From NCBI RefSeq assembly GCF_028368995.1, contig NZ_JAQNDL010000001.1, positions 1,536,001 through 1,600,000 of the forward strand: DNA of 64,000 nt. The letters run 5' to 3'. Origin of the DNA: Nannocystis bainbridge. GTDB lineage: Bacteria; Myxococcota_A; Polyangia; Nannocystales; Nannocystaceae. How positions within the stretch are numbered: the stretch's first letter is position 1; each line of letters begins with the position of its first letter. Below the pieces are notes generated by a model, which saw only the letters and a list, made by a program, of their open reading frames with translations, did not search any database and had not been told where the DNA came from. Shown one piece after another: positions 1 through 9,581 of the stretch. The position numbers and the translations under genes are program-made.

Positions 1-19
1 CGGCGACGAACCACCGCGG

Positions 20-1414
20 GTGGACGCGATCGCCGACCTGAGCCAGGGCGTCCGCGACCTCGTCCACAAGGCTCTGGGCGCCGATCCAGGGCAGCGCTAC
101 GCCGATCTGGCGGCGCTGCGCGTGGCGATGTGCGCCCTGCTCGAGATCGAGTTCGTCGCGGTCCAGCCCGCGCCGCCGCCGGCTTCGCGCGAGCCGAAAC
201 CAGCCCCGCGCGCCGAGCCGTCGCCCGCCGGCGCGGAGCCCCCGTTGCACGGCGGCGCGACGGCGTCTTCGCAGCGCGACGTACGGCGCGACACGGCGCC
301 TCCGCAGTCGCGCCGCACGGCCCCGCAGTCCGTGGTCCCCTCGGCGCTCCCGCCTCCGCAATCGCGCCGCACGGCCCCGCAGTCCGTGGTCCCCTCGGCG
401 CTCCCGCCTCGCTCGGCGAAGCCTTCGCCCGCCGCGCCGCCGCCCCTGCTGCCGCCGCTGGAGGACGGGACCCAGGTGCTCGCGCTCGATTCGATCGCGC
501 AGGCACCGGCCGCGCGCACGAGCCGGACGGGCGCGCAGGTCCCCGTCCCCGCGAGCGACGGGACTCAGGTGCTCGCGCTCGATTCGCTCGCGCCTGCGTC
601 ACCGACTGCGCGCACGCAAAGGACAGGCGCGCAGGTCCCCGTCTCCGCGGCGAGCGATGGGACTCAGGTGCTCGCGCTCGATTCGCTCACGCCCGCGTCA
701 CCGGCTGCGCGCACGCACGAGACGGGCGCGCAGGTCCCCATCCCGGTGAGCGACAGGACCGAAGTGGTGTCGCTCGAAGCGATCGCGCAGGCAGCTCAGG
801 CTGCGCGCGCGCGCAAGACGGGCGCGCAGGCGTCTGTTCCGCCGGCGAGCGCGAGGTCGGGGGCGACTTCGCGGCGCGCGGTCAACGGCTCGCCTGCAGC
901 CTCCACCCGCCCCGGCACCGGGTCCCAGCGGGCCATCGCGCGTCCGGAGCCGCCGGTCGACGCGACGGTCGTCGCGCGCTCGCCCTTGAATCCTTCGCTC
1001 TCGCGGCTGCCGGCGCCGGCCTCGGCCGCCGCGAATGGCGTCACTCGACAGCCCGCGAATCGATCGACCCCGTCGCCCGCGATGGCGACATTCGTCGGGG
1101 CGCGGCCCGCCTCCGACTCGACGATGATCCTGCCGGCGCCCGAGCTCCCGGTGCGAGCGAGCGAGCCGGATCGCACGGTGATCTGGCGACCGCCAGGCGC
1201 GTCTGAAGACGACGCCGCAACGTCGCGCGGATCCTCGGAGGTCGCGCCGGAGCTGCCGTCGCACGAGCAGACCAGGATCCTCGCGCCGGGGCCCGTCCCG
1301 CCGAAGTCACCGCGGCTGGCCGCGGCCGCAGGATGGTCGCTGCAGAAGAAGCTGCTCGTCGTCAATGTCGCGCTCGCCGTGGTCATCCTGGTCGGGGTGA
1401 TCGTCGCGACCTGA
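20..1414 (+). CDS. C-terminal part of a membrane-anchored Ser/Thr kinase-like protein with a long Pro/Ala/Ser-rich linker (probably starts upstream of the window)
   Basis: Begins with a kinase subdomain XI-like segment (LVHKALGADPGQRYADLAALR). Contains repeated DGTQVLALDS units. The C-terminal TM segment WSLQKKLLVVNVALAVVILVG closely resembles the tail of 26479..29319. Confidence 0.75.
   Translation: MDAIADLSQGVRDLVHKALGADPGQRYADLAALRVAMCALLEIEFVAVQPAPPPASREPKPAPRAEPSPAGAEPPLHGGATASSQRDVRRDTAPPQSRRTAPQSVVPSALPPPQSRRTAPQSVVPSALPPRSAKPSPAAPPPLLPPLEDGTQVLALDSIAQAPAARTSRTGAQVPVPASDGTQVLALDSLAPASPTARTQRTGAQVPVSAASDGTQVLALDSLTPASPAARTHETGAQVPIPVSDRTEVVSLEAIAQAAQAARARKTGAQASVPPASARSGATSRRAVNGSPAASTRPGTGSQRAIARPEPPVDATVVARSPLNPSLSRLPAPASAAANGVTRQPANRSTPSPAMATFVGARPASDSTMILPAPELPVRASEPDRTVIWRPPGASEDDAATSRGSSEVAPELPSHEQTRILAPGPVPPKSPRLAAAAGWSLQKKLLVVNVALAVVILVGVIVAT
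298..405 (+). repeat. 54-bp tandem duplication inside the CDS
   Basis: gcctccgcaRtcgcgccgcacggccccgcagtccgtggtcccctcggcgctccc occurs twice, encoding PPQSRRTAPQSVVPSALP x2. Confidence 0.9.
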
Positions 1415-1829
1415 GGCGAGCGCCCGCGCGTGAGTCGCACGAGTGGCTTCGCGCGTCGCTGCGCGGACCTCTGCGCATGCTCGCCAGCGCTCGTCGCCGT
1501 CGTGACAGCCGCGCAAGAAGGCCGGCCCATGGACCGGCTATGTCCAGTGCGTATCCGGTGCGTCGTCGCCCGCGCCTCCGGGTGGACCGGGCGTCACGCG
1601 TCGGGAATCGTAGGAGTCCTCGAACCGCGCCCGGGCGAGGGCCTCACGGGCGATCCGAGGGGGTCCACGCGGCATCCGCATGCGCACGCCAGTTCGGTGA
1701 TTCACGCCGATCGTCCGGGGCGCGCGGGCTCGTCGCGCCGTCCGTGCCGGAGGCGACCGTGTTACAGTCCGCCGCGATGGACTCGGTGATGTCTCCGCGC
1801 TCGCGCAGCCACCGGGGCGAGGGACCACT

Positions 1830-4022
1830 TTGAGCACCCCAAAGGTCATCGGGTTGAACATCCGCAAGGAGGCGAGCGGACGCAGCGCCAAGCTCGGCCT
1901 GCTCCCACGCGGCGCACGGATCGAGCTCGGCGAGCGCTCGTCGGACGGCAAGTGGGCGCGGATCGGCCGCGTGGTGTCCGGCCAGATCGCCCCGGTGCAG
2001 CAGAACGGCGCCCTCGATCCCACGGCCGCCACCGGCTGGGTGTTCATCGGCGAGCTCGATCAAGGCGCCGCCCAGCCCGAGGTGTTCGACGAGGTCGTCG
2101 CCCCGGCCAAGCCGGTCGCGATGGCGGCCGGCGAGTTCGTCGGATACATCGGCGAATATCAACAGCACGTCGACGCGCTGCAGACCCCGGTCCGCGGGCG
2201 CCGTCCGCTGCTCCACCTCGAGGTGTTCAGCGGCGACGACGTCCCGGGCTTCATCGAGAAGTGCCGGCAATACGCCAAGACGCTGCCGGCCGGCAGCGGG
2301 ACCCTGTTCGTGGTCGAGAAGGGCGCGAAGCTGGTCCAGCCCGCGTCGTCGAACGGCGAGATCGGGGCCGACGACCCGGTGGCGCCCGTCGCCAGCAAGG
2401 CCGCCGGCGCGTGGGTGCAGGTCAAGCGCGCGACGCTGCAAGTGCTGGAGCGCCGCCCGCTCGGCGAATACGACACCGCGACCAAGACCTACGCCAGCGG
2501 CGCCGTCTTCACCGGCTGGTTCGTGGGCGCGCAGGACGGTCAGCGCACGCAGGACGAGGCCGCCTCGGGACGCCTCGGCTATACGCGACGCGAGGTGCTG
2601 GTGCCGACGGGCCAGCCGGTGTGGGTGGAGCGCTCGGCGCTCGACGCCCGGGCGACGGCGTGCGTGCCGTTGAAGACGTGGAGCGAGTATCCGCTGCGGG
2701 TGGCCAACGCCGCCGATCCGCCGGTCACCCTCACCCGCGTGATCTCGAAGACGGAGCTCGAGCGCACGCCGGCGAGCGGGCGGGCCACCGACCCCGATGG
2801 CAACCTCTGGTGGCGCGTGTCGGCGCGGCGCGACCCCGACTCGAGCGGCAACACCACGGCCGTCGGCTGGGCCTGTGAAAAGGGCCACGACAAGGTGTCG
2901 TGGCAATCGCCGTGGGCCTGGCCGGGCTTCGAGTTCGTCGAGGAGGGGGAGATCGAGCCGGTCGATCAGTGGTCGACGATGCTCTACCGCATGGGCATGG
3001 CCAACGACGAGGAGCTGAGCGACTTCAAGATGCGCGCCGACAAGGTCGACAAGAGCGCGCTGCTGCAGAAGCTCTACGAGCTGATCGACACCAACAAGAA
3101 CTGGATCTTCGAGCCCCACGAGCTGCGCGCGGCGATGCGGCAGCCGCTGCTGGCGCAGGCGTTGAGCCGGATCCTCAGCCGCTACGAGAGCGAGTGGGGC
3201 GGCGAGGACGCCAAGTGGGACGCCCTCGACCCGCTGGTCCTCGACGGCAAGCCGGAGTGGCAGGCCGAGAAGCTGCGGATCAAGGGGCTGCGGTGGTGGC
3301 CGCAGGTGGCCGCCAAGGTGCAGGGGTTCCCGAGCAGCCCGGTGGCCTACCACATCCATCCGACGGGCCTCATCGAGAACTTCTACTCCCAGCCCAGCGC
3401 CACCGCCGCCAGCGCCGACACCGGCGGCGCGCGGGAGAAGAGCGGCGCGGTGTGGGTCAGCCGCTTCATGCCCAGCCAGGCCATCTCGGACCTCAAGGAC
3501 CCGTTCCGCACGAGCGTCACGAACTTCTTCAACGCCCTCGCCACCGCGGGCGTGGCGAGGAACATCAACACCACGCTGCGCCCGCCGCAGCGCTCCTATT
3601 TGATGTACTACGCCCGCGAGATCACCGCGGGCCGGCTCGCGCCCGACAAGGTGCCCGCATTCGTCCCGCAGGACGGCGACGCGCCGGTCAACATCGACTG
3701 GGCGCACCTCGACAGCGCGGGCAAGCCGAACCTCACCGCCGCCCGGCAGGGGGCGCGAGAGATGGACACGAGGTACGGAGCCGCCGGCGCGATCGGCATG
3801 GCCTACCGGTCGAATCACAACAAGGGCCAGGCGATCGACGTCAGCTTCACGCCGGCGTGGGGCGTCGGCAAGAGCGTCGTCGACGCCACCGGCAAGACCG
3901 TGGCGATCGGCTCGAAGCGAGACCTGCTCGAGGTGGGCGCGACCTACGGCGTCTACCACTGGACCTACCACGGCGCGAAGACCAAATCCGACGAGCCGCA
4001 CTGGTCGCTGACCGGGAATTGA
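1830..4022 (+). CDS. T6SS effector-like protein: SH3-like + C-terminal WHIX-type segment + EF-hand/ESEW region + M15-type zinc peptidoglycan peptidase
   Basis: GLNIR..LGLLPRG (SH3b-like); FDEVV..AGEFVGYIG..LHLEVFS; WPGF; DTNKN; ESEW..KW..RI..LRWW..YHIHP; C-terminal SNHNKGQAID...DEPH fits the SxHxxxxAxD...[D/E]xxH M15 signature. TTG start. Confidence 0.75.
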   Translation: MSTPKVIGLNIRKEASGRSAKLGLLPRGARIELGERSSDGKWARIGRVVSGQIAPVQQNGALDPTAATGWVFIGELDQGAAQPEVFDEVVAPAKPVAMAAGEFVGYIGEYQQHVDALQTPVRGRRPLLHLEVFSGDDVPGFIEKCRQYAKTLPAGSGTLFVVEKGAKLVQPASSNGEIGADDPVAPVASKAAGAWVQVKRATLQVLERRPLGEYDTATKTYASGAVFTGWFVGAQDGQRTQDEAASGRLGYTRREVLVPTGQPVWVERSALDARATACVPLKTWSEYPLRVANAADPPVTLTRVISKTELERTPASGRATDPDGNLWWRVSARRDPDSSGNTTAVGWACEKGHDKVSWQSPWAWPGFEFVEEGEIEPVDQWSTMLYRMGMANDEELSDFKMRADKVDKSALLQKLYELIDTNKNWIFEPHELRAAMRQPLLAQALSRILSRYESEWGGEDAKWDALDPLVLDGKPEWQAEKLRIKGLRWWPQVAAKVQGFPSSPVAYHIHPTGLIENFYSQPSATAASADTGGAREKSGAVWVSRFMPSQAISDLKDPFRTSVTNFFNALATAGVARNINTTLRPPQRSYLMYYAREITAGRLAPDKVPAFVPQDGDAPVNIDWAHLDSAGKPNLTAARQGAREMDTRYGAAGAIGMAYRSNHNKGQAIDVSFTPAWGVGKSVVDATGKTVAIGSKRDLLEVGATYGVYHWTYHGAKTKSDEPHWSLTGN

Positions 4023-4034
4023 TTCGCGCGAACA

Positions 4035-4106
4035 GACATGTCGCAAAGGACATGTCCGACGCACCGGCGTCGCGCGCTTCTGAGAACATGTCTCGAAGGA
4101 CATGTC
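4035..4106. repeat. Two TGTC-N6-GACA palindrome units
   Basis: gacatgtc-gcaaag-gacatgtc (4035-4056) and aacatgtc-tcgaag-gacatgtc (4085-4106), between convergent genes. Confidence 0.9.
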
Positions 4107-4154
4107 TGACGAGTCGCGGGGTCGCTGACAAGAACCGGCGGCCCGGCGCCGCGC

Positions 4155-4643
4155 TCACGACGAGAACATGTAGAGCCGACGCGCGATCGCCCGCGGGCAC
4201 CGGCCGATCGGGTCGCCGACCTTTGCCCGGTTGCTGAACTCCTCGTCGGCCGCGGGGGTGGGCTTCGGCTGCGCCGGCGACTTCTCGCCGTCCCCGGTGT
4301 CCTGCGCCGCGGCCTCCTCGCAGAGCCGATCCATCACCTCGGTGGCGGACTTGGGGTTCGCCTTGGCGAGCAGCTCGGCGGCCCACGTGAGCTTCGGGTC
4401 GACGTCGAACTGCTCGCCGAGCACGGCGGCCAGCGCGAGGAAGCGGCTGACGTCTTTCTCGGAGGTGATGTGATGCGCGGCCGCCCGCTCGATGCCCGCC
4501 TTGACCTTGCCGAGGAGCTCCGCGCCGCTCATCCCCGCGACGGAGGGGAGCTGCTCGCCGAGGCGCTTCACCATCTGCGCCTCGAAGTCACGAGCGCCGG
4601 CCTCCGCGAGCTGGGTCATCTGTTGCTTGACGAACTTGAGCAT
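4155..4643 (-). CDS. Small helical T6SS-effector-associated (co-chaperone-like) protein
   Basis: ATG at 4643 (MLKFVKQQ). The motif A..HHITSEKDVSRFLAL..GEQFD..TWAAELL resembles 22573..22932. Ends with KVGDPIGRCP. Confidence 0.65.
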   Translation of the reverse strand: MLKFVKQQMTQLAEAGARDFEAQMVKRLGEQLPSVAGMSGAELLGKVKAGIERAAAHHITSEKDVSRFLALAAVLGEQFDVDPKLTWAAELLAKANPKSATEVMDRLCEEAAAQDTGDGEKSPAQPKPTPAADEEFSNRAKVGDPIGRCPRAIARRLYMFSS

Positions 4644-5039
4644 GGCGGCCGAACTACAGCTTCCATTTTTATCACTTCCGCTGCGCCCGCGCGACCGGGG
4701 CGGCGCACGCCGGACGCACGAGAGTTCGCCCTGGCTCGCCCCGCGGGCGCGCGATGCGTCCCAGGCGCAGCCCGTGCCGTGCAGGCTCATGTGCCTGTGC
4801 GTGCTGGCGCTCGCTTCGAGGACCGAGAGCGACGAGACGCGGCTGGCGCAGGCCGAGGTCTTCCGCTCTCGTGTCATCGTCGGGGCGTGAGCGCACTCGA
4901 GCGTCGGGCGTCTGTCCGCCGGGCCGAGCCAGGCCCGCGCGGACGCAGCGGCCGCCTTGCGCCGCCCTGGGCCCGTCGATATCCTCGCTCATGAGAACGC
5001 GCGTCGGAGCGACGCGACCGATCGGCGGCGGGTGGCGGG

Positions 5040-6407
5040 ATGGCGACCAAAGAGTTCCCTGATTATTGCGAGTTGACATTCCGGACCGAGGGCGGCCACC
5101 TGCCGAGCGTCCTCAAGGCGCACTGGCCGGGAGGCGTGTCAGGTGTGACCATCGGCCCCGGATACGACATGGGCCAGCGCAGCGCCGCGTCGATCCGCAC
5201 CGACCTCGCCAACGCGGGTGTGCCCCAGACCAGCATCGACAAGTTCGTGGGTGGCGCCGGCCTGACCAGCACCTCCGCTCGCGACTGGGTGAACACGAAC
5301 GCCGACTCGATCCCCCTGCTGACCCGCGACCAGTCGATGGCCCTCTTCACCCACGTGTACCCGGTGTACGTCGGGTACACGAAGAGCATCATCCGGTCGT
5401 GGGGCGGCAACTGGGACGCTTACCCGCAAAAGATGAAAGAGGTGCTGGTCGACCTGCGATTCCGCGGCGACCTCTCCGAACGGCACAAGCCCCGCCTGTT
5501 GCCGTCGATCACGGCCGCCGACTACCCCGCATTCCGGGCGGTGATCCACGACCACAAGTACTGGGTGGACAACACCAACCTCCGGAACGCGCGGGACGGC
5601 AGCATCAATCAGCGCATCACCGCGCGCAGCGCCTGGTTGCCGGCGGAGCCGGGGACCCAGGCCGCGGCCTGGGTGTTCCCGTTCCCGGACAACGCAGGCA
5701 AGGACGTCCAGGACGGCGGCTATTACATCGGCTCGCCGTCGCTGAGCGCAGCGGCCCTGCCGAAGGCGGACGACGGCTTTTACCCGATCGGCGCGAGCGG
5801 CATCTGGCACGGCGGGATCCACTTCGACGCCGGGACCGGGACTCAGCTCAAGCAGGTCGACGGCGTCCGCTGCATCAAGGACGGCGAGGTCGTCGCATAC
5901 CTCGTCAATCAGAAGTACAAGGAGATCGCGTTCCCGGCGGAGGACAAGAAGGCGCTGTATTCGTCCGGGTTCACGTTGATCCGGCACAAGCTCGAGTGCC
6001 CGGGGGCGCCGCCCGCCCAGCCGGCCGCGCCTGCCACGACGACCCCCGCGCAGACTCCTGCGTCCGGCACGCCCACCAACCCCGCGCCCGCAACGCCAGC
6101 CCCCGCCACGCAGGCGCCCGCCAAGACCCCTCCGCCCGCTCAAAACGCGACGCCCGCCAAGCCGCCTCCGCCCGCCCAGCCGGCCGCGCCCGCCAAGCCG
6201 ACCCTGACCTTTTACAGCCTCTACATGCATCAACTCGACTACGAGGGCTATCAAAGCGACGCCCAGCGCAAGCGCCCCAAATATTGGGGGCCGGCGAAAG
6301 AATACGTGGTCGGAGAGAAGGCCAAGGATCAGCAGGAAGACGGGCCGGAGCCGGCCGAGCCGGAGCTGCTCGGGGAGTGCGACGAGATGGCCTGCTGGTC
6401 GGAGTAG
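5040..6407 (+). CDS. Pesticin/phage-lysozyme-like muramidase fused to an N-terminal WHIX-type segment
   Basis: TFRTEGG..HWPGGVSGVTIGPGYDMG (pesticin C-domain-like), then FYPIGASGIWHGGIHFD, VRCIKDGEVVAY, SSGFTLIRH, FYSLYMH, PKYW. Confidence 0.8.
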   Translation: MATKEFPDYCELTFRTEGGHLPSVLKAHWPGGVSGVTIGPGYDMGQRSAASIRTDLANAGVPQTSIDKFVGGAGLTSTSARDWVNTNADSIPLLTRDQSMALFTHVYPVYVGYTKSIIRSWGGNWDAYPQKMKEVLVDLRFRGDLSERHKPRLLPSITAADYPAFRAVIHDHKYWVDNTNLRNARDGSINQRITARSAWLPAEPGTQAAAWVFPFPDNAGKDVQDGGYYIGSPSLSAAALPKADDGFYPIGASGIWHGGIHFDAGTGTQLKQVDGVRCIKDGEVVAYLVNQKYKEIAFPAEDKKALYSSGFTLIRHKLECPGAPPAQPAAPATTTPAQTPASGTPTNPAPATPAPATQAPAKTPPPAQNATPAKPPPPAQPAAPAKPTLTFYSLYMHQLDYEGYQSDAQRKRPKYWGPAKEYVVGEKAKDQQEDGPEPAEPELLGECDEMACWSE

Positions 6408-6614
6408 CGGCGATACGAGCGTCGCTCTCCGGCCGAGGGTCCGAGGCCCTCCCCGAAGCACCGCCTCCCGCATGACGGAGCCGAGGCCGCCGACCCGGCC
6501 GAGCGAAATCTCGGCCGATCTCGCATGAATCTTCGCCCTGTCGCCCGCCCGTGCCGGGGCGCATCCTCGGGTCATCGACGTTCCGCCTCGCGCGGACGCT
6601 CTGGAGGACACCTC

Positions 6615-7343
6615 ATGGCCCACGAACACTCCGCTCCCTCTGCTCATCCACCCGTGTCGGGCTTCGGTGCCGACCGAGCCGCGCATTACGACACCCAGGC
6701 CGCCGTCGCGCTCGCGGGCACGCAAGCGATGTACGAGCTCGGCGTCAGCGCGCTCACCAGCCAGTTGGACGGCCAGGACACCGCGTCCCTGCTATTCGTC
6801 GGGCTGGGCACGGGCGCGGAGCTGGTGCCTTATAATCGGTTCGAGGTCCCGGGCTGGCGCTTCACGGGCGTCGACCCTTCCGACGCGATGCTGGCGGTCG
6901 CCCGCGAGCGCCTGGCCGCCGAGGGGCTGCTCTCGCGCACGCACCTGCACGTCGGCGAGCTGCAAAGCCTGCCTCCCGGTCCTCCTTTCGACGGCGCGCA
7001 AATGCTGGGAGTGCTGCATCACGTGCCGGAAGCGGAGCGCCTCGCGCTGCTGCGCGAGGTGACCCGGCGGCTCAAGCCCGGCGCGCCGCTCGTCGTCGGC
7101 TGCCGCGTCGGCATGGACCCATCCCTGTGGGACGTGGAGCTGCGGCGCTGGCGTGCCCACGGGATCCCCCAGGAGGATCTGGAACGCCGGCGTCAGAGCG
7201 CGAACATGATGCACTTCATCGAGTCCGACGCCGCGCTGTTCGAGTTGTTCGCGCAGACAGACCTGGTGGCGCCGCGACCGATCTTCGTCTCGCTGCAGTT
7301 CAAGGTGTTCCTCGTGCGCTGCGAGCCGGGCGCTGCCGGCTGA
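6615..7343 (+). CDS. Class I SAM-dependent methyltransferase
   Basis: LFVGLGTGAE motif I, FTGVDPSDAML, LKPGAPLV; RBS GGAGGA before ATG 6615. Confidence 0.9.
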   Translation: MAHEHSAPSAHPPVSGFGADRAAHYDTQAAVALAGTQAMYELGVSALTSQLDGQDTASLLFVGLGTGAELVPYNRFEVPGWRFTGVDPSDAMLAVARERLAAEGLLSRTHLHVGELQSLPPGPPFDGAQMLGVLHHVPEAERLALLREVTRRLKPGAPLVVGCRVGMDPSLWDVELRRWRAHGIPQEDLERRRQSANMMHFIESDAALFELFAQTDLVAPRPIFVSLQFKVFLVRCEPGAAG

Positions 7344-7403
7344 GTCCCGGCCGCGATCGTCGCGGGCGCGCTCGCTGCCCGCCGCGACAGCGAGGCCGCG
7401 CGC

Positions 7404-7862
7404 TCATTCGACGGCCAGGTTCGAGCGCGCGTAGGAGAACACCAGCGAGGTCTCGATCCGGCTGACCTCGGGGCGGCTGGTGAACGAGCGGATGGTGAGC
7501 ACGCGCAGGTGCTCGGTGTTGCGGCACGCGACGTGGACCAGGAAATCGGTCGAGCCGCCGAGGCAATACACCGCGACCGTCTCGGGCAGCGAGCGCAGGT
7601 GGTCGCCGATGCTGTTGAAAGCCTCGCCGACGTGGAGGCGGAGCTGGACGGCGATCATGGCCTGGAGGTCGAGGCCCAGCGAGCGCGGCGCGAGCTCGGT
7701 GCGGTAGCCGGTGATCACGCCCTCGGCCTCGAGCCGGCGCACGCGCGCGAGGCACGACGACGGCGCGAGGCCGACGCTCGCGGCCAGCTCCTTGTTGGAG
7801 ATCCGTGCATCCTTCTGCAGCAGCCCGAGCAGGGCGCGATCAATTCGGTCGAGGGTCGACAT
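7404..7862 (-). CDS. Lrp/AsnC family transcriptional regulator
   Basis: LDRIDRALLGLLQKDARISNKELAASVGLAPSSCLARVRRLEAEGVITGY is the Lrp-family HTH. Confidence 0.95.
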   Translation of the reverse strand: MSTLDRIDRALLGLLQKDARISNKELAASVGLAPSSCLARVRRLEAEGVITGYRTELAPRSLGLDLQAMIAVQLRLHVGEAFNSIGDHLRSLPETVAVYCLGGSTDFLVHVACRNTEHLRVLTIRSFTSRPEVSRIETSLVFSYARSNLAVE

Positions 7863-7878
7863 CTCCGGCTCCGTTCGA

Positions 7879-7918
7879 ATTCTATTCGATAGAATACCGG
7901 GTAGTTCGAGAATATTCT
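7879..7918. promoter_or_regulatory. AT-rich palindromes in the divergent Lrp/hydrolase promoter; candidate Lrp operators
   Basis: ATTCTAT-TCG-ATAGAAT (7879-7895) and AGAATATTCT (7909-7918); the AGAAT...ATTCT arms resemble Lrp sites. Confidence 0.55.
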
Positions 7919-7927
7919 TCGGTTTCG

Positions 7928-9412
7928 ATGCTCATATCCCGACTTTTCGCCGGTCTGCTCGCCCTCGCCTCGCCTGCGGCCCCCCGGGCCGGGACGGTCT
8001 CGCTCGAACCCGCGTCGGTGACCTCCGCCGCGGGGGAGAAGATCCAGTTCGAGCTCGGCACCCTGCACGTGCTCGAGAATCGCGCTGCCGCGGACAGCCG
8101 CGTGATCGACGTCGGGTTCGCGCGGCTGCGAGCGGCGCGACCGACCCGCGCGGCGCCGATCGTGTTCTTGCCCGGCGGGCCGGGCAACAGCTACCTCGAC
8201 GCCTTCACCGACAGCGGCGAGAACTCGCGCCGCCGGCTCGAGAACTTCCGCCGCTACAGCGCCGTCGCCGACGTCATCGTGCTCGATCAGCGCGGGTTCT
8301 CGCGCCGCGGCACCACCCTGCGCCTGCCCGATGCCGTGCCCGCGCCGCTCGATCGCCCGAGCTCCATGGAGGCCGAGAGCGCGACCTATCGCGCCTTTGC
8401 GGCCGCGGCGATCGCCGCCAACCCGGATCACGATCTGTCCGGCTATCACGTGCGCGAGTGCGTCGAGGACGTCGCCGAGCTGCGCCGCGCGCTCGGCTAC
8501 GCCAAGCTCAACCTGCTCGGCGGCAGCTTCGGCTCGCAGTGGAGCTTCGCGGTCCTGCGGCTGCACCCGGAGATCGTCGAGCGCGCCGTGCTTTACGGCG
8601 TCGAGCCGCTCGACGACGGCGTCGACATGCCATCCTATTTGTTCGCCGCCTTGCAGCGCATCGCCTTCGATGGCGACCGCGCGCCGAACTTGCGGCCGTA
8701 TCTGCCGCCCGGCGGATTGATGGCCGCGGTCCGCGAGCTCCGCGACCGGTTCGCCCGTGGTCCGGTCACCGTGAAGGTCCGCGTGCCCGAGACCGGCAAG
8801 ACCGAAGCGGTGGTGCTCGGCCTCGCCGACCTGCAAAATGCGCTGCTGCCCGACGACGCCGAAACGTGGCCGGCGTTCATCCTGTCGCTGTATCACGGCC
8901 GCTACGAGGAGTGGGCGCGGGAGGAGCTGGCGCGCCGCCGCAGGTCGAAGTTCTCCTCGGTGATCTTGCCGCTGATCGATTCGGGGCTGGGCTTCAGCGC
9001 GACCCGAGCGCACCGGCTGCACAGCGATCCAGCGACCCACTACCTCGGCACGTGGAGCTTCGAGCCTCACGAGAGCTCGCGCCCGGCCTGGCCGACCCCC
9101 GATTTCGGCGACGCGCTGCGCGCCCCGGCGACGAGCGAGGTGCCGGTGCTGTTCGTCAACGGCGACTGGGACACCTCGACGCCGATCGAGAACATGCTGC
9201 AGATCGCGCCCTACTTCCCGCGCGGCCGCGTGATGATCGTGCACCGCGCCGTGCACGAGCAGCTGACCCGGATGACCCGCCACCAGCCCGAAGTCTTCGC
9301 TGCGATCCTCGAGTTCTATCGCTCGGGCGCGACCGCGAAGCTGCCGGCCGAGATTTCGCTGCCGACCCCGAACTTCGTGACGCCGTCCTTTCCTCCGCCC
9401 GCTCGCCGCTGA
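7928..9412 (+). CDS. Secreted alpha/beta hydrolase (TAP/tripeptidyl-peptidase-like)
   Basis: Signal peptide; FLPGGPG, DQRG, nucleophile elbow GGSFG, NGDWDTSTP, catalytic His near the C-terminus. Confidence 0.88.
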   Translation: MLISRLFAGLLALASPAAPRAGTVSLEPASVTSAAGEKIQFELGTLHVLENRAAADSRVIDVGFARLRAARPTRAAPIVFLPGGPGNSYLDAFTDSGENSRRRLENFRRYSAVADVIVLDQRGFSRRGTTLRLPDAVPAPLDRPSSMEAESATYRAFAAAAIAANPDHDLSGYHVRECVEDVAELRRALGYAKLNLLGGSFGSQWSFAVLRLHPEIVERAVLYGVEPLDDGVDMPSYLFAALQRIAFDGDRAPNLRPYLPPGGLMAAVRELRDRFARGPVTVKVRVPETGKTEAVVLGLADLQNALLPDDAETWPAFILSLYHGRYEEWAREELARRRRSKFSSVILPLIDSGLGFSATRAHRLHSDPATHYLGTWSFEPHESSRPAWPTPDFGDALRAPATSEVPVLFVNGDWDTSTPIENMLQIAPYFPRGRVMIVHRAVHEQLTRMTRHQPEVFAAILEFYRSGATAKLPAEISLPTPNFVTPSFPPPARR

Positions 9413-9581
9413 GCAGCGACTGAATGGAGGGCCGCTCCGGGCCCCTCGTCGAGACACGCGCGACGCGGACATCGACGCCAGGACCCTGACACTCGCACCA
9501 TGGGCCCGCGGAGAAACGGCCCCTACGGGCCGCCACGGGCCAGGAAACGATCTGGCATCCCCCGTGCATTCGCTGCCGGAC

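Noticed and set aside
4048-4057. GGACATGTCC resembles a p53 half-site, and the motif resembles CRP-family sites (CooA/MrpC)
   Set aside because: The p53 match is coincidental in a bacterium. As I recall, CooA/MrpC-type sites have TGTC and GACA 8 bp apart rather than 6, and lie in promoters rather than at 3' ends.
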